From the IMG/VR virus record IMGVR_UViG_3300042896_000947, positions 46,159 to 110,158 of that record: a stretch of 64,000 nt of DNA, one strand, 5' to 3'. Shown here piece after piece: positions 27,524 to 36,191 of this stretch. The DNA is from a virus. Its lineage: Duplodnaviria; Heunggongvirae; Uroviricota; Caudoviricetes. A model generated the notes under the pieces. It saw only the letters and a list, made by a program, of their open reading frames with translations, ran no database searches and was not told where the DNA came from. The first letter of the stretch is position 1. Each line of letters begins with the position of its first letter. Position numbers and translations under genes: made by a program.

Positions 27524-27556
27524 CAACCTTCAGGGGCGGTCTTTCAGCGCATGCTT

Positions 27557-28274
27557 TTAGCCGTACCAGTTGTGCCGGCATAGGGCGAGTACGAATGCCT
27601 GCTGGCCGAGCTCGGCCAGCAGGCACATCAGCCCGATCAGGCACAGCGCAATCAGGCCATTTCTGTTCACGACCAGGCGCAGTGCCGAGCGCTGGGGGTG
27701 GTCGTGATCCTGGGCGAGCTGGTGCGCCGTTTCGTAGCGGGCCTGCACGCTCAAAATCTCGCATCCCATGTCGGCGTAGTGACGCTCCAGAGAGGCGCGC
27801 ATCGCCACGGCACGGGAGCGAATCACCTCGGCCGCAACGGTGGTTCTGAGAATGGTGAACTGCTCGGCGCCCTGGTCGTCCAAAAATGCGATGGTCACGG
27901 TGACTTCGCCGATCCCTTGGTTGGTGCTCACGCTTGGCCCCGGGAATCAGGCGCAGTCTGGGGGCGGGGTGCTCAGGCGGGCCAGGCTGGGAGGGTGCAG
28001 GCGGGGGCTCTGTCGCCATTTCCAGGGTTTGTGAGCCGATCAGGTCGAGCTGCTGGAGTGTGCAGTCGCACGACAGGCACAGCGCGACCAGGCCCTGTGT
28101 GAGCCGAAGTCGGTTGGTCTGAGCCTGGGCGTCTGAGCCTGAAAAGCGGGCGGCGACAACGCCTGGGGAGCTGCTGGTGATGGTGGCCTGGTGGGTCAGC
28201 CCCTCGGCGTCAAGGTAGGTAAAGCGCACGGCTGGGCGTTCGTAAACGCTTGGCTGAAAGTAAGGATGCTTCAT
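27557..28274 (-). pseudogene. Hypothetical gene apparently split by a frameshift near 27930-27960 (N-part from ATG 28274, C-part ORF 27557..27931 with C-terminal TM helix)
   Basis: The two plausible halves are in different frames. The second half has only a GTG start and no RBS. The long single-frame ORF 27447..28274 decays into Pro/Arg-rich junk after about 110 aa. Confidence 0.3.
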
Positions 28275-28379
28275 GATGCTGCGATTATCGGCGCGTCAGA
28301 GGGTTAGCGTCGTCAGAACCCAGTCAGGAATGACAGAATTCTCATTGGATTCACAGCACGGCAGCATGATGGGTGGCTA

Positions 28380-29030
28380 AAAGTGTGTTTTACTTGAAAA
28401 GAGCATGCCCGCCACCCCGCTCTTTCTCCTTATGGGAGAGTCTCTCCTCTTGTGCTCTTCCTGTACTCTCTATGAGCCTGAGCCTTGTACCCTTGTGAGC
28501 CTGTATCTCTCTTGAGCCTGGGCCTTGCGTGGTCGTGCGTGGGGTGAGCCTGGGCCTGGTGTGATGGGTGCTTCCGGGAGTGCTCGCCATTGGGGGAATG
28601 GGTGAATTGCTGCGCTTGAGCCTGTGTGGTTGCTGTACGGGTTTTGCTGCCTTGCTTTGGGGTGATCGGGTTGGGTGCTGTCGTTTAGCAGTTTGGGTCA
28701 TTGCGTTAGTGCGGGGTCGCCGAGCGCTTAGCGGGGTGTGCCTTGTGCGTAATCTGAGGGGTTGTGGGGTGGGTGGGCGTTGACGCTTTGAGCGGGCTTG
28801 CCTAGCGGGTCTTGCGCTTTGCTTAGCGGGCTGAGCCTGCGCTTAGTGAGGTTTGATGGTTGCTTAGCAGGGCTTGGGTGGCGCGATTGATGGCTTGTCG
28901 ACGCTTGACCTCTATAAGCAGCCGTAAGTTGTTGATTCATATAGCTTTTTAGGCACTCCTTACGGATTCACCCGGGCCAAAAAGAAGCCCCTGTGCTTTT
29001 ACGGCACAAGGGCTTTAAAGGACTCGGGTT
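28380..29030. repeat. Non-coding G+T-rich repeat island: TGAGCCTG x5 and about eight degenerate ~20-25-bp GCTTAGCGGG-type direct repeats, ending in an intrinsic terminator (28984-29025)
   Basis: Strong G+T skew on the plus strand. The only ORFs translate to low-complexity P/S/T/R sequence. Hairpin AGCCCCTGTGC..GCACAAGGGCT with a T-run on the minus strand. Confidence 0.5.
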
Positions 29031-29153
29031 CTCACGCCCGGGCCAAGGTCTCACAACGGCTCTCACACCACGATGAGGCAAGCATTCTAGGTGGTCGGGA
29101 ATGCTTGCCTCATCGGGCGCCGGGTCTCTGGTCGGCGCCCTTGGGTGTTCGGG

Positions 29154-29609
29154 TTATTTCTTCATGGCGTCTCCTTTGTAGTCGGGGTGAACGGCCAGGC
29201 AGGCGCCGAGGTGCGTGCCTGTGTCGTAGCACCACTGGTCAATCTCGTCCTCGTAGCTCAGGCCCATCGTCAACTCAAAGCCCTGCTCTTTGCCGTCTGC
29301 GCAGCCCGTGAGGAAGGCCGGGAGGTTGCTGATTCGCAAAGCGATGGCGACCCGCTCCAGGTTGGGCTTGCGGGCCTCTTCCTCTTCACGCAGCACACGC
29401 CTGATTTCTGCCTGTACCCACTCCCAATAGCCCAGCCGGGTCGTGTCGTTGACGGTGGCGAAGCGCCAGGCGTGCAGACTCAGGCTGTTCTTCGGGTGCC
29501 CGAGGTCGCCGTACTTCTCGCTCAGCTCCTGGATGGTCAGCGCGGCCTCGGAGGCCCGAATGGCGCGCATCAGCTCGATGGGCGGCTTTTGCAGCGGGGC
29601 GCCGTTCAT
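29154..29609 (-). CDS. Cassette gene (151 aa), coupled to 29606..29902
   Basis: ATGA overlap with the upstream gene. Confidence 0.5.
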   Translation of the reverse strand: MNGAPLQKPPIELMRAIRASEAALTIQELSEKYGDLGHPKNSLSLHAWRFATVNDTTRLGYWEWVQAEIRRVLREEEEARKPNLERVAIALRISNLPAFLTGCADGKEQGFELTMGLSYEDEIDQWCYDTGTHLGACLAVHPDYKGDAMKK

Positions 29610-29902
29610 GCTGCGCTTTCGGGCGTGGCGGGGATGGGCAGGTCAGCGCGGCGCAGCGGGCGAGTGATGCGGAACTCGAACGTCACCGTCTCGCCATCCA
29701 CGTTGAGGGCTTCGGCCTTGCCGTCCGAATCGACTTCGATTTCCTGGGCCTGGTCTACGACCGTGACAATGAGATCCTCGTCGTACTGGTCAACAAGGTC
29801 AACGACCGACATGCCTGCTTCAGCAGCCCCGGGCGTGACGTAGATGCCGTCGCAGGTGATGATGCTGGCCGCGTCGAGCGCTGCCTTCAAGGTGATATTC
29901 AT
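29606..29902 (-). CDS. Cassette gene, acidic protein (98 aa)
   Basis: Leader GACAATCAATACATCGAAACAACGAAGCGAAAGACCC-ATG. Confidence 0.5.
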   Translation of the reverse strand: MNITLKAALDAASIITCDGIYVTPGAAEAGMSVVDLVDQYDEDLIVTVVDQAQEIEVDSDGKAEALNVDGETVTFEFRITRPLRRADLPIPATPESAA

Positions 29903-30043
29903 GGGGTCTTTCGCTTCGTTGTTTCGATGTATTGATTGTCAGACCGGGGTCTCGGCACTGGTGCCCAATCAGGTCAGCGTCCTGTTTAGGGGCAAGGCGC
30001 TGAGCTAATTGGAAGGGGCGCTCGGCCCCTTCGCGGCGCGGCC

Positions 30044-30553
30044 TTATTCGACTTGGCTCAGCGCGCTCTCGATGGCGTACTCGACGTACTGCCAGTAGCC
30101 GCAAGTTGTGTAGCCCTTGGCAACAGACTCGCGCCATTCGTCAACCGGAAAGCTCGGGTGACCCTCCATGGTGTGACCGTACTTGTCGCACAAATCGTCG
30201 TCCGACAGGAGGGCGTCAACGTGCAGCGCAGCCAGCGCCACTGCGGCAGGATCTTCGGGCTTGGTTGGCAACGGGTCGGCGTCAGCCGGGGTGTAGGTCA
30301 TGCCCGCAAGCAGCGTCTCCAGGTTGTTGTCAGCAAAGACGCCGACCTTAACCAGACCGCCTTGGGTGTTGATGCCGACGAACGTGCCGTCGAGCAGGGC
30401 GACAAACAGGCTGGTGCAGCTCGTCTCGGTGTTCGTGACACCGCCGACCGCAACAATGCCCGGCGGGAGCATGGTGGCACCCTTGTCGGTGGGCTTGCTT
30501 GAAGCAACGGCGGCGGCAAATGCTGCGGCGAGTTCAGGTGGGAGGCTTTTCAT
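30044..30553 (-). CDS. Cassette gene, hypothetical protein (169 aa)
   Basis: Leader TCACAATAGATTTTTAACCCCGAAGAAAGCGAAAGCACC-ATG. Upstream palindrome 30614-30628. Confidence 0.5.
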   Translation of the reverse strand: MKSLPPELAAAFAAAVASSKPTDKGATMLPPGIVAVGGVTNTETSCTSLFVALLDGTFVGINTQGGLVKVGVFADNNLETLLAGMTYTPADADPLPTKPEDPAAVALAALHVDALLSDDDLCDKYGHTMEGHPSFPVDEWRESVAKGYTTCGYWQYVEYAIESALSQVE

Positions 30554-30631
30554 GGTGCTTTCGCTTTCTTCGGGGTTAAAAATCTATTGTGACCACGGGG
30601 TCTCGGCCCGTGGGTCAGTGGTGACTGAAGC

Positions 30632-31027
30632 CTACGCTTCAGCCTTGAGCAATTTCGTGATGCGCTCGACGACATCGGCAGCGGTGGGGTGCTCCCGCTC
30701 GTAGTGGCTGGCGGAGAACAGGTACTGTGTGGCGTCGTCGCTCAGGTCAAAGAAGGCGCTCACTGCGTCCCATCCTCTTTCTTCCCCGAATGCGGGGGTT
30801 TTCTCCCAAACCAGGCCCTGCTGCTGGAACTCGGGCATCGCGCAGGCCCAGCCCACGGCGCAGCCGCAGGTGCCGCACGCCGGGTTCAGCAGCATTGCGT
30901 CGGTCAGTTTCTCTTGCCAGCATTCGTTGCCGCCCGGCTTGTCCATGCGCCAGCCCTCCAGGTCAAACTTTTCAGGCGGGACGGTCGCCAGCAGGGCGGC
31001 CAGGGCGGTGAGGCGTTGAGCGTGCAT
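30632..31027 (-). CDS. Cassette gene, hypothetical Cys-containing protein (131 aa)
   Basis: Start MHAQRLTALA. Contains ..CGTCGCAVGWAC... Palindrome AGTCA-ggcg-TGACT at 31074-31087 upstream. Confidence 0.45.
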   Translation of the reverse strand: MHAQRLTALAALLATVPPEKFDLEGWRMDKPGGNECWQEKLTDAMLLNPACGTCGCAVGWACAMPEFQQQGLVWEKTPAFGEERGWDAVSAFFDLSDDATQYLFSASHYEREHPTAADVVERITKLLKAEA

Positions 31028-31086
31028 AAAAATCTCCTTCGGTGGTGATAACAAAAACAGGATTGTGACAGATAGTCAGGCGTGAC

Positions 31087-31431
31087 TTACTCGCGGACCA
31101 TGTACTTGACGCGCCAGGCGGCGTATTCCGGGTCGTCATAGCCGACGCGGGGCAGAAAGTCGTCCACGCCCGCGCCCTTGACCGGCGTGAGGCCCTGGTA
31201 GTAGAAGCCGGCGTAGCAGTTGTGCTCATGCAGGACAGCCTCGACCATGTTGTTGGCGCCGTGCGCCAGGCCGATCCAGTAGTCTTCGGGCTTTTCGCGC
31301 ACATGGGCGGCCTGGTTTTCAAGCGCAGCGGTGCGCTTGACGCGCAGGACTTCGTCGACGTGGCGCATGACGCCTTGCTGACGATCCAGCAGGGCGATCA
31401 GCTTGGCGGGGGTTTTGCACTTGCGGGACAT
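31087..31431 (-). CDS. Cassette gene, hypothetical protein (114 aa)
   Basis: Start MSRKCKTPAKL. Leader GGGACAATTGAATTTGTCCCGAACGCAACAACACGAAAGGTTCTCCAA-ATG. Confidence 0.5.
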   Translation of the reverse strand: MSRKCKTPAKLIALLDRQQGVMRHVDEVLRVKRTAALENQAAHVREKPEDYWIGLAHGANNMVEAVLHEHNCYAGFYYQGLTPVKGAGVDDFLPRVGYDDPEYAAWRVKYMVRE

Positions 31432-31498
31432 TTGGAGAACCTTTCGTGTTGTTGCGTTCGGGACAAATTCAATTGTCCCGGTCAGGTCTCGGCTGGGC

Positions 31499-31756
31499 TC
31501 AGTGGTCACCGCACGGGCCAGCGCTGTAGCCGACGCACTTCAGGCGAAAGCTGTTGTAGCCGCTGCGCTCGGAGGTCGGTGCGACGCCGGTCATGAACGT
31601 GATCGCCTCGACATAGGTCGCAGCAGCGGCGAAAGGCACGATGCAGTCGATCGGTCCTTTCCAGTCGTCGGGGTTTTGGATTTGGGCGAAGGCAAAGCGC
31701 AGCAGCGCCTGGTGCGCGTCGCTGCCCTCGCGGATTTCGATGGGGTGTGCGGACAT
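31499..31756 (-). CDS. Cassette gene, hypothetical protein (85 aa)
   Basis: Start MSAHPIEIREG. Leader GACAATTGAATCTCAACAACATGAAAGAGGTTCTCAA-ATG. Confidence 0.5.
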   Translation of the reverse strand: MSAHPIEIREGSDAHQALLRFAFAQIQNPDDWKGPIDCIVPFAAAATYVEAITFMTGVAPTSERSGYNSFRLKCVGYSAGPCGDH

Positions 31757-31818
31757 TTGAGAACCTCTTTCATGTTGTTGAGATTCAATTGTCTTGCCCG
31801 CCCGTCGGCAGAGCGCAC

Positions 31819-32289
31819 CTAGCGTCGGCCCTGACGCTCGCGCTTCCACTGTGCTTTTTGCTTCGGCTCCCGGGTCGGCAGGTCGAAGTCGTAAAGCTCA
31901 TCCACGCTGACCACTGTTGGCGTTGAGCCGACCAGGGCCGAGCGCCGTTCGCCCGCCATCAGCATCTCGGCAAAGGCGTCATGCTGGCGCAGCATTTTCC
32001 GGACTTGCTCCTTGCGGTCAGCCTCCAGCGTGGGAAACAGGTTCATCTTTGAACCGTCGGCGTGGTCGCGCATGGCGAACTCGTTGATGTCCGACGCACA
32101 GGCCCAGCAGTAGTAGGCATTGGTGCCGATGTTGAAGTAATGCGCCTCGGGCTGCTGGCAGTCCGTGCGGTTGCAGTTTTCACCCTGGACGCCCTTGAGC
32201 GCCGGGTCGGGCTTGCGCATTTCGGCACTGGCCGCTGCGCACAAGGCGCTGGTGAAGAGGCTTTTGCCCCGTTGGCGTTCAAACGTCAT
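31819..32289 (-). CDS. Cassette gene, Cys-rich hypothetical protein (156 aa), last of a 4-gene coupled unit
   Basis: ..CNRTDCQQPEAHYFNIGTNAYYCWACASD.. looks like a possible zinc-binding region. Confidence 0.45.
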   Translation of the reverse strand: MTFERQRGKSLFTSALCAAASAEMRKPDPALKGVQGENCNRTDCQQPEAHYFNIGTNAYYCWACASDINEFAMRDHADGSKMNLFPTLEADRKEQVRKMLRQHDAFAEMLMAGERRSALVGSTPTVVSVDELYDFDLPTREPKQKAQWKRERQGRR

Positions 32290-32554
32290 AGCGGTGCTCC
32301 ACGGTGCAGATCACGCGGTTGGCAGAATACTGCACCTGCACAGCGCGAACGGCGGTGCAGAAGTACCCGCCCGGGCGTCGGCACTCGCTGTAGTAGCGCG
32401 GCAGCAGGAACTCGATCGCCTGCTCGGGCGTGAGGTCGTCGTCCTTGCGAACAAGCAGGACGTACTCGTCGCTGCCGTCAATCCCGTCATCGACGATGCC
32501 GATCTTGGTGATCGTGATTTCCATGGTTTCGGTGGTCATATCCAGTATTTCCAT
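32279..32554 (-). CDS. Cassette gene, small acidic protein (~86-91 aa)
   Basis: Overlaps its neighbours. Start is either 32554 or 32539. Confidence 0.4.
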   Translation of the reverse strand: MEILDMTTETMEITITKIGIVDDGIDGSDEYVLLVRKDDDLTPEQAIEFLLPRYYSECRRPGGYFCTAVRAVQVQYSANRVICTVEHRYDV

Positions 32555-32733
32555 TCGGTGGGCTGTTGGTGGTTCCAGCGGTTGACCAGCGCCAGCTTGG
32601 CGCTTTCCATCGTGCGGGGGCCGTAATTCAGCGGGTCGGCAAACACCTCATGGTGGCTTGCGTTGAAGGCATCGCGCGACAACGTGCCGCTCGGGATGTG
32701 CAGCCGGTTGAAATAATGCGGCGAGGCAATCAC
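32536..32733 (-). CDS. Cassette gene, small protein (65 aa)
   Basis: ATGA-type overlaps with both neighbours. Confidence 0.4.
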   Translation of the reverse strand: MIASPHYFNRLHIPSGTLSRDAFNASHHEVFADPLNYGPRTMESAKLALVNRWNHQQPTEWKYWI

Positions 32734-32990
32734 TCGAAGTTCTCGCTGACGATCAGGCCGGCCGCGCGCAGCTGGCGCGCCACTGAAGCGGGCAGGCAGT
32801 AGGTGCCGTCAGCGTCGATCAGTTCGCGCTTGCCCTCGGCATTGACCTCGAACCACAGGCCGCCGCCGCTGCCAGTCTGTGCGTTCTCGAACCAGCCGTA
32901 GCAGGCGGCAGTGTCGACCTGGACTTCGTACTTGTCATCGGACAGTTTGAGGTCAAAATTGTATGGCGCCGTGCGCTCGGCTTTGCTCAT
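32730..32990 (-). CDS. Cassette gene, small protein (86 aa), first of a 4-gene unit
   Basis: Start MSKAERTAPY. Leader GACAATTGAATTCTCACAACAGGGGAACCACC-ATG preceded by the long palindrome GCTGACTGT-N8-ACAGTCAGC (33026-33051). Confidence 0.5.
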   Translation of the reverse strand: MSKAERTAPYNFDLKLSDDKYEVQVDTAACYGWFENAQTGSGGGLWFEVNAEGKRELIDADGTYCLPASVARQLRAAGLIVSENFE

Positions 32991-33059
32991 GGTGGTTCCC
33001 CTGTTGTGAGAATTCAATTGTCAGTGCTGACTGTCGGCAGCAACAGTCAGCGGTGGGCG

Positions 33060-33440
33060 TTAGCCGAAATGGCGGTGGCCGATGCGAGCAACCGGCGCAG
33101 CGCTCAGGCCCAGCGCGACGCGAAAGGCTTCGTGGATTAGAAGCACCGAGCCATCGCCGCGACCACCGATGTGCCAGTCAATGACCTCGTCGTCCTTGGG
33201 TGCGCCTTGCTCGTAGCGCTTCCAGTCGTACAGGGTGGCGACGGTGCCCTCGGCGAACTGAATGTCCCAAGTGGTCGTGACTTTGCCGTCGCCGTCTTGC
33301 TCGTCATACTCGACCGGGGCGCCGAAGACTTTTTCCAGCTGGGCGCGGGTGGCGTTGATGTAGCCGCACAGGCAGGTGCCGTTGGTCTCGATCAGGGCGG
33401 CGCAGGTGTTGTGCGTGGTGAAGTTTTGAGCCTTTGTCAT
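33060..33440 (-). CDS. Cassette gene, hypothetical protein (126 aa)
   Basis: Start MTKAQNFTTH. Leader GACAATTGATTTATCGAAACCACAACCTGAAAGCACTT-ATG. Confidence 0.5.
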   Translation of the reverse strand: MTKAQNFTTHNTCAALIETNGTCLCGYINATRAQLEKVFGAPVEYDEQDGDGKVTTTWDIQFAEGTVATLYDWKRYEQGAPKDDEVIDWHIGGRGDGSVLLIHEAFRVALGLSAAPVARIGHRHFG

Positions 33441-33513
33441 AAGTGCTTTCAGGTTGTGGTTTCGATAAATCAATTGTCTGCGCGTGGTTCAGGCAGTGGT
33501 GACTGACACCCGG

Positions 33514-33705
33514 CTACCAAGCGCCCCAGCCTGGGGGAAAGGCAGCGCGCTCGACCGCCCGGCGATCAGCCATGTCGCGGTACTGTTGGAGCATGTTTTG
33601 CTGGCTTTCGGCGTCGCAGCCATTCCAGACCTCTTCGACCATTTCGGCATGCTCGTCGTAGCCGCAGTCCTTGCGAAGCTGGCGGTATTCCTCGTAGGTG
33701 GTCAC
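33514..33705 (-). CDS. Cassette gene, small acidic protein (63 aa)
   Basis: ATGA overlap with the DUF2591-like gene. Confidence 0.4.
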   Translation of the reverse strand: MTTYEEYRQLRKDCGYDEHAEMVEEVWNGCDAESQQNMLQQYRDMADRRAVERAAFPPGWGAW

Positions 33706-34070
33706 AGCACGTCCGGGACTTCAACCGCGCCGTCGTCTTCGTCGCCAAGTTCATGGGCGACATAGCAGCGCATGGCGGCGGCCAGGGCGGTTGCGCCGTT
33801 CTGCCCCGTGACTTCTTCGTCGGCAGGGTCTTGCCCACCGCAGCAGGCCCAGTACACCCCGCGCTCGGGACGCCACAGGATGCTGATCTTTTCCCGCTCG
33901 ATGATCGGCCACGCCTCGCTCGGGTCGGTGCAATAGCCGGGGATGGCGCGAGTGTCGGGGTTGGGATTGCCCAGCTGCCTTTCGAGATAGCCTTCGTCGT
34001 ACCCTTCGCACTTGGCCACCAGCCACACAATCTGGCTGTCGGTGGCATCGGCTAGGTTGATTTTCTTCAT
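33702..34070 (-). CDS. DUF2591 (NinX-like) family phage protein (122 aa)
   Basis: N-terminus MKKINLADATDSQIVWLVAKCEGY matches the NinX/DUF2591 pattern. Confidence 0.5.
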   Translation of the reverse strand: MKKINLADATDSQIVWLVAKCEGYDEGYLERQLGNPNPDTRAIPGYCTDPSEAWPIIEREKISILWRPERGVYWACCGGQDPADEEVTGQNGATALAAAMRCYVAHELGDEDDGAVEVPDVL

Positions 34071-34471
34071 GACGGCAGCACCGACAAGATGTGGCGCAAG
34101 TCATAAGCGACCTCGTCCTGGTACTTCACCTCGGTCATGAAGGCCGGGTCGTTGTCCAGCGTGCCGGTGCCGGGGCCGGTGACCAGCACCCACATCCGTT
34201 CGGTCGTGGTTGCACCCACGAAGCCGAGCTTGACGTGGTCGCCGACCTTGACAGCGGCCTTTTCTTCGGGCGTCGGCACCTCGAAGGTGTCCGCGTGCAG
34301 TGTGGCACGCAGAGTGCCGTCGATCAGCTTGTAGGGGATGGCGGTGATGTTCATAAGTTTTCCTTGCAGGTTGTCTCGCACGATGCGGCGTGCGCCGGGC
34401 CTGTTGGCCAGCCAGTGACTCAAGCCTTTTGAGTCGTCTTGCAGCAGGCCCGGAGGCCAGCCAGTGATCAT
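34067..34471 (-). CDS. Cassette gene, hypothetical protein (134 aa)
   Basis: Leader TTGACAATCAATTTATTGAAACGCAAAGGGAGATTCTG-ATG. Confidence 0.45.
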   Translation of the reverse strand: MITGWPPGLLQDDSKGLSHWLANRPGARRIVRDNLQGKLMNITAIPYKLIDGTLRATLHADTFEVPTPEEKAAVKVGDHVKLGFVGATTTERMWVLVTGPGTGTLDNDPAFMTEVKYQDEVAYDLRHILSVLPS

Positions 34472-34505
34472 CAGAATCTCCCTTTGCGTTTCAATAAATT
34501 GATTG

Positions 34506-35150
34506 TCAAGCGCAGTTCTTGGCGCTGAATGCTTCTGCGACCTCGGTCCAATTGATGTTCATGCGCTCGCGCCAGCGCATGCTGTAGCGGTCGAACTCGT
34601 CCGGCACGGCCAGCGGGTGAACGTAGGCCCAGTCGTCGATCACCAGCTTGGCATGCTGAAACGCCTTCTTGACCTTGTTAGGGTTGACGCTGCCGTCCTG
34701 GCGCCGCATCCCGGGCAGGCTGCCCATGAAGCCCTTGCATTGGCTCAGGTACAGGTGCGCGAGAAAGGTCGAAGCGTTGCTGTAGCCACAGTGTTTGGGG
34801 ATAGGCGTCGCCCATGCCTGCTCGGCAAATGCGTCCCAGCGCTGCTGCTTGAGTTCGCGCAGGCTGAAAGGCAGCGAGACGCCCGGGACGTAGTGCCCGC
34901 CGCCCTTGCTGACAAGCTCCAGGGTGTGCAGCTTGACGAAGTGGTCTTCCACATCCGAGCCGCCGGCCGTGAGCTTGACGCAATGCGCCTGCTCCGCCTC
35001 GGTCTGCCAGTGGTACTTCTTGCGCAGCGACAGGACCACGCAGCCTTCTTCGGCCGGGTAGGTGAATGTGCGATCCGGGTACAGCGAAGGCGTCTTGCGG
35101 TGCTCCTTGATGCGCACCGTGTCGCCCGCCTCGATAATGAGGGCGTTCAT
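34506..35150 (-). CDS. Hypothetical protein (214 aa), possibly ASCH/PUA-like
   Basis: Start MNALIIEAGDTVRIKEHRKT (ATGA overlap). Only weak resemblance to an ASCH motif. Confidence 0.4.
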   Translation of the reverse strand: MNALIIEAGDTVRIKEHRKTPSLYPDRTFTYPAEEGCVVLSLRKKYHWQTEAEQAHCVKLTAGGSDVEDHFVKLHTLELVSKGGGHYVPGVSLPFSLRELKQQRWDAFAEQAWATPIPKHCGYSNASTFLAHLYLSQCKGFMGSLPGMRRQDGSVNPNKVKKAFQHAKLVIDDWAYVHPLAVPDEFDRYSMRWRERMNINWTEVAEAFSAKNCA

Positions 35151-35323
35151 GCGCCCGCCTTGGGCAGCGCATCGCGCACCGTGCAGCCGAGCGGCCACTG
35201 CAGGCCGTGGGTCAGGGGTGGCGGGTTCGGGTCGAGCCGGCGCTGCTCCATATCCCAAGCCCACGATCCTTTGTAGGGTGTGATCGGCATCTGCTTGCCG
35301 TTGATGACAGGTCCGTAGCCCAT
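35147..35323 (-). CDS. Small hypothetical protein (58 aa, MGYGPVINGKQMPITPYKG..)
   Basis: Found by manual translation. Overlapping start and stop with both neighbours. Confidence 0.3.
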   Translation of the reverse strand: MGYGPVINGKQMPITPYKGSWAWDMEQRRLDPNPPPLTHGLQWPLGCTVRDALPKAGA

Positions 35324-35568
35324 CACGCAGCCTCTGTCTGGTTGAGCAGCTGCACCGCCTCTTTTTCAGAGACAGTGCAGCACTCCATTGTTTTTTGAAT
35401 CAGCCCGTCGATCGAGGACTTGCAGCCCTCCAGCGAATCAGGGTAAGTGCCGCCGACCACCGAAAAGCCGGTCTTGAACACCGGCTTGACCGGCGAGTGT
35501 TCAGTCTTTCCGATGTTGATGGCGTCCAGCCATTTGACCTTCACAATCTTCACGCCGCGGTGCTTCAT
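35323..35568 (-). CDS. Cassette gene, small protein (81 aa)
   Basis: Start MKHRGVKIVKVKW. Leader GACACTTGAATTTAGCAACCAACAAGGGGAATTT-ATG. Confidence 0.5.
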   Translation of the reverse strand: MKHRGVKIVKVKWLDAINIGKTEHSPVKPVFKTGFSVVGGTYPDSLEGCKSSIDGLIQKTMECCTVSEKEAVQLLNQTEAA

Positions 35569-35623
35569 AAATTCCCCTTGTTGGTTGCTAAATTCAAGTG
35601 TCGAGCGCACCTCTCGGCAGCGC

Positions 35624-35839
35624 TCACCACGTCCCGGCTGCGTTGCTGGCAACGAACACCACGGGCGGCGGGACAGCGGTGCGGTCAAGCGCATCGGCGC
35701 GCGCCAGGGCCATGAAGCCGTCGCGTGAGATTTCCGACATTTCGACCCAAACGGCGAAGGCAATCACCTGTGTGTCGGCAGTGCGCCCAGCCGCGCCGAC
35801 GTAGGCGTCATAGCTTTGCTGGTCGGCGTGCATGTTCAT
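35624..35839 (-). CDS. Small hypothetical protein (71 aa)
   Basis: Start MNMHADQQ overlaps the upstream stop (TGATG). Confidence 0.35.
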   Translation of the reverse strand: MNMHADQQSYDAYVGAAGRTADTQVIAFAVWVEMSEISRDGFMALARADALDRTAVPPPVVFVASNAAGTW

Positions 35840-36153
35840 CACCCCCGCAGCCGCGTCAGCACCGTGACCTTGCCGCCGGGTGCCAGCTGGGCAATCCACT
35901 TGCGGGCCGCCGCAATTGCCTCGGCGCGGCTGCACACGAAGCCGGTGACGGTACGGTTCAGGCTCGGGCGCTCGGCATAGGTCTTGGTGACCGTCGCGAA
36001 GACGCCGCGCTTGAAGCCAAACAGGGTGCGGCGCACATCATTGAGGCGTGTCACGCCCGGCACACCAAAGCGGTACTCCTGGTCGTTTTTCAGAAACACG
36101 GCGGTGTTCAGCTCCGGCGCGTAGGTGTGGGTGATAAGGCGAATCAGTTTCAT
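35839..36153 (-). CDS. First cassette gene (104 aa)
   Basis: Start MKLIRLITHTYAPELN. Leader AGTCAGAATTGACTCAACACAAAAGGGATTT-ATG, where the palindrome and the AATTGA box merge. Confidence 0.5.
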   Translation of the reverse strand: MKLIRLITHTYAPELNTAVFLKNDQEYRFGVPGVTRLNDVRRTLFGFKRGVFATVTKTYAERPSLNRTVTGFVCSRAEAIAAARKWIAQLAPGGKVTVLTRLRG

Positions 36154-36171
36154 AAAATCCCTTTTGTGTTG

Positions 36172-36185
36172 AGTCAATTCTGACT
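36172..36185. promoter_or_regulatory. Palindrome AGTCA-attc-TGACT at the head of the cassette array
   Basis: Seen directly. Confidence 0.55.
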
Positions 36186-36191
36186 GACACG

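Noticed and set aside
27447-28274. 275-aa single-frame ORF
   Set aside because: After about 110 aa it becomes Pro/Arg-rich read-through overlapping a better-formed ORF in another frame. Treated as a frameshifted gene instead.
28390-28940. Minus-strand ORFs 28390..28701 and 28728..28940
   Set aside because: Pro/Ser/Thr/Arg/Gln low-complexity translations of the GT-rich repeat island. No start context.
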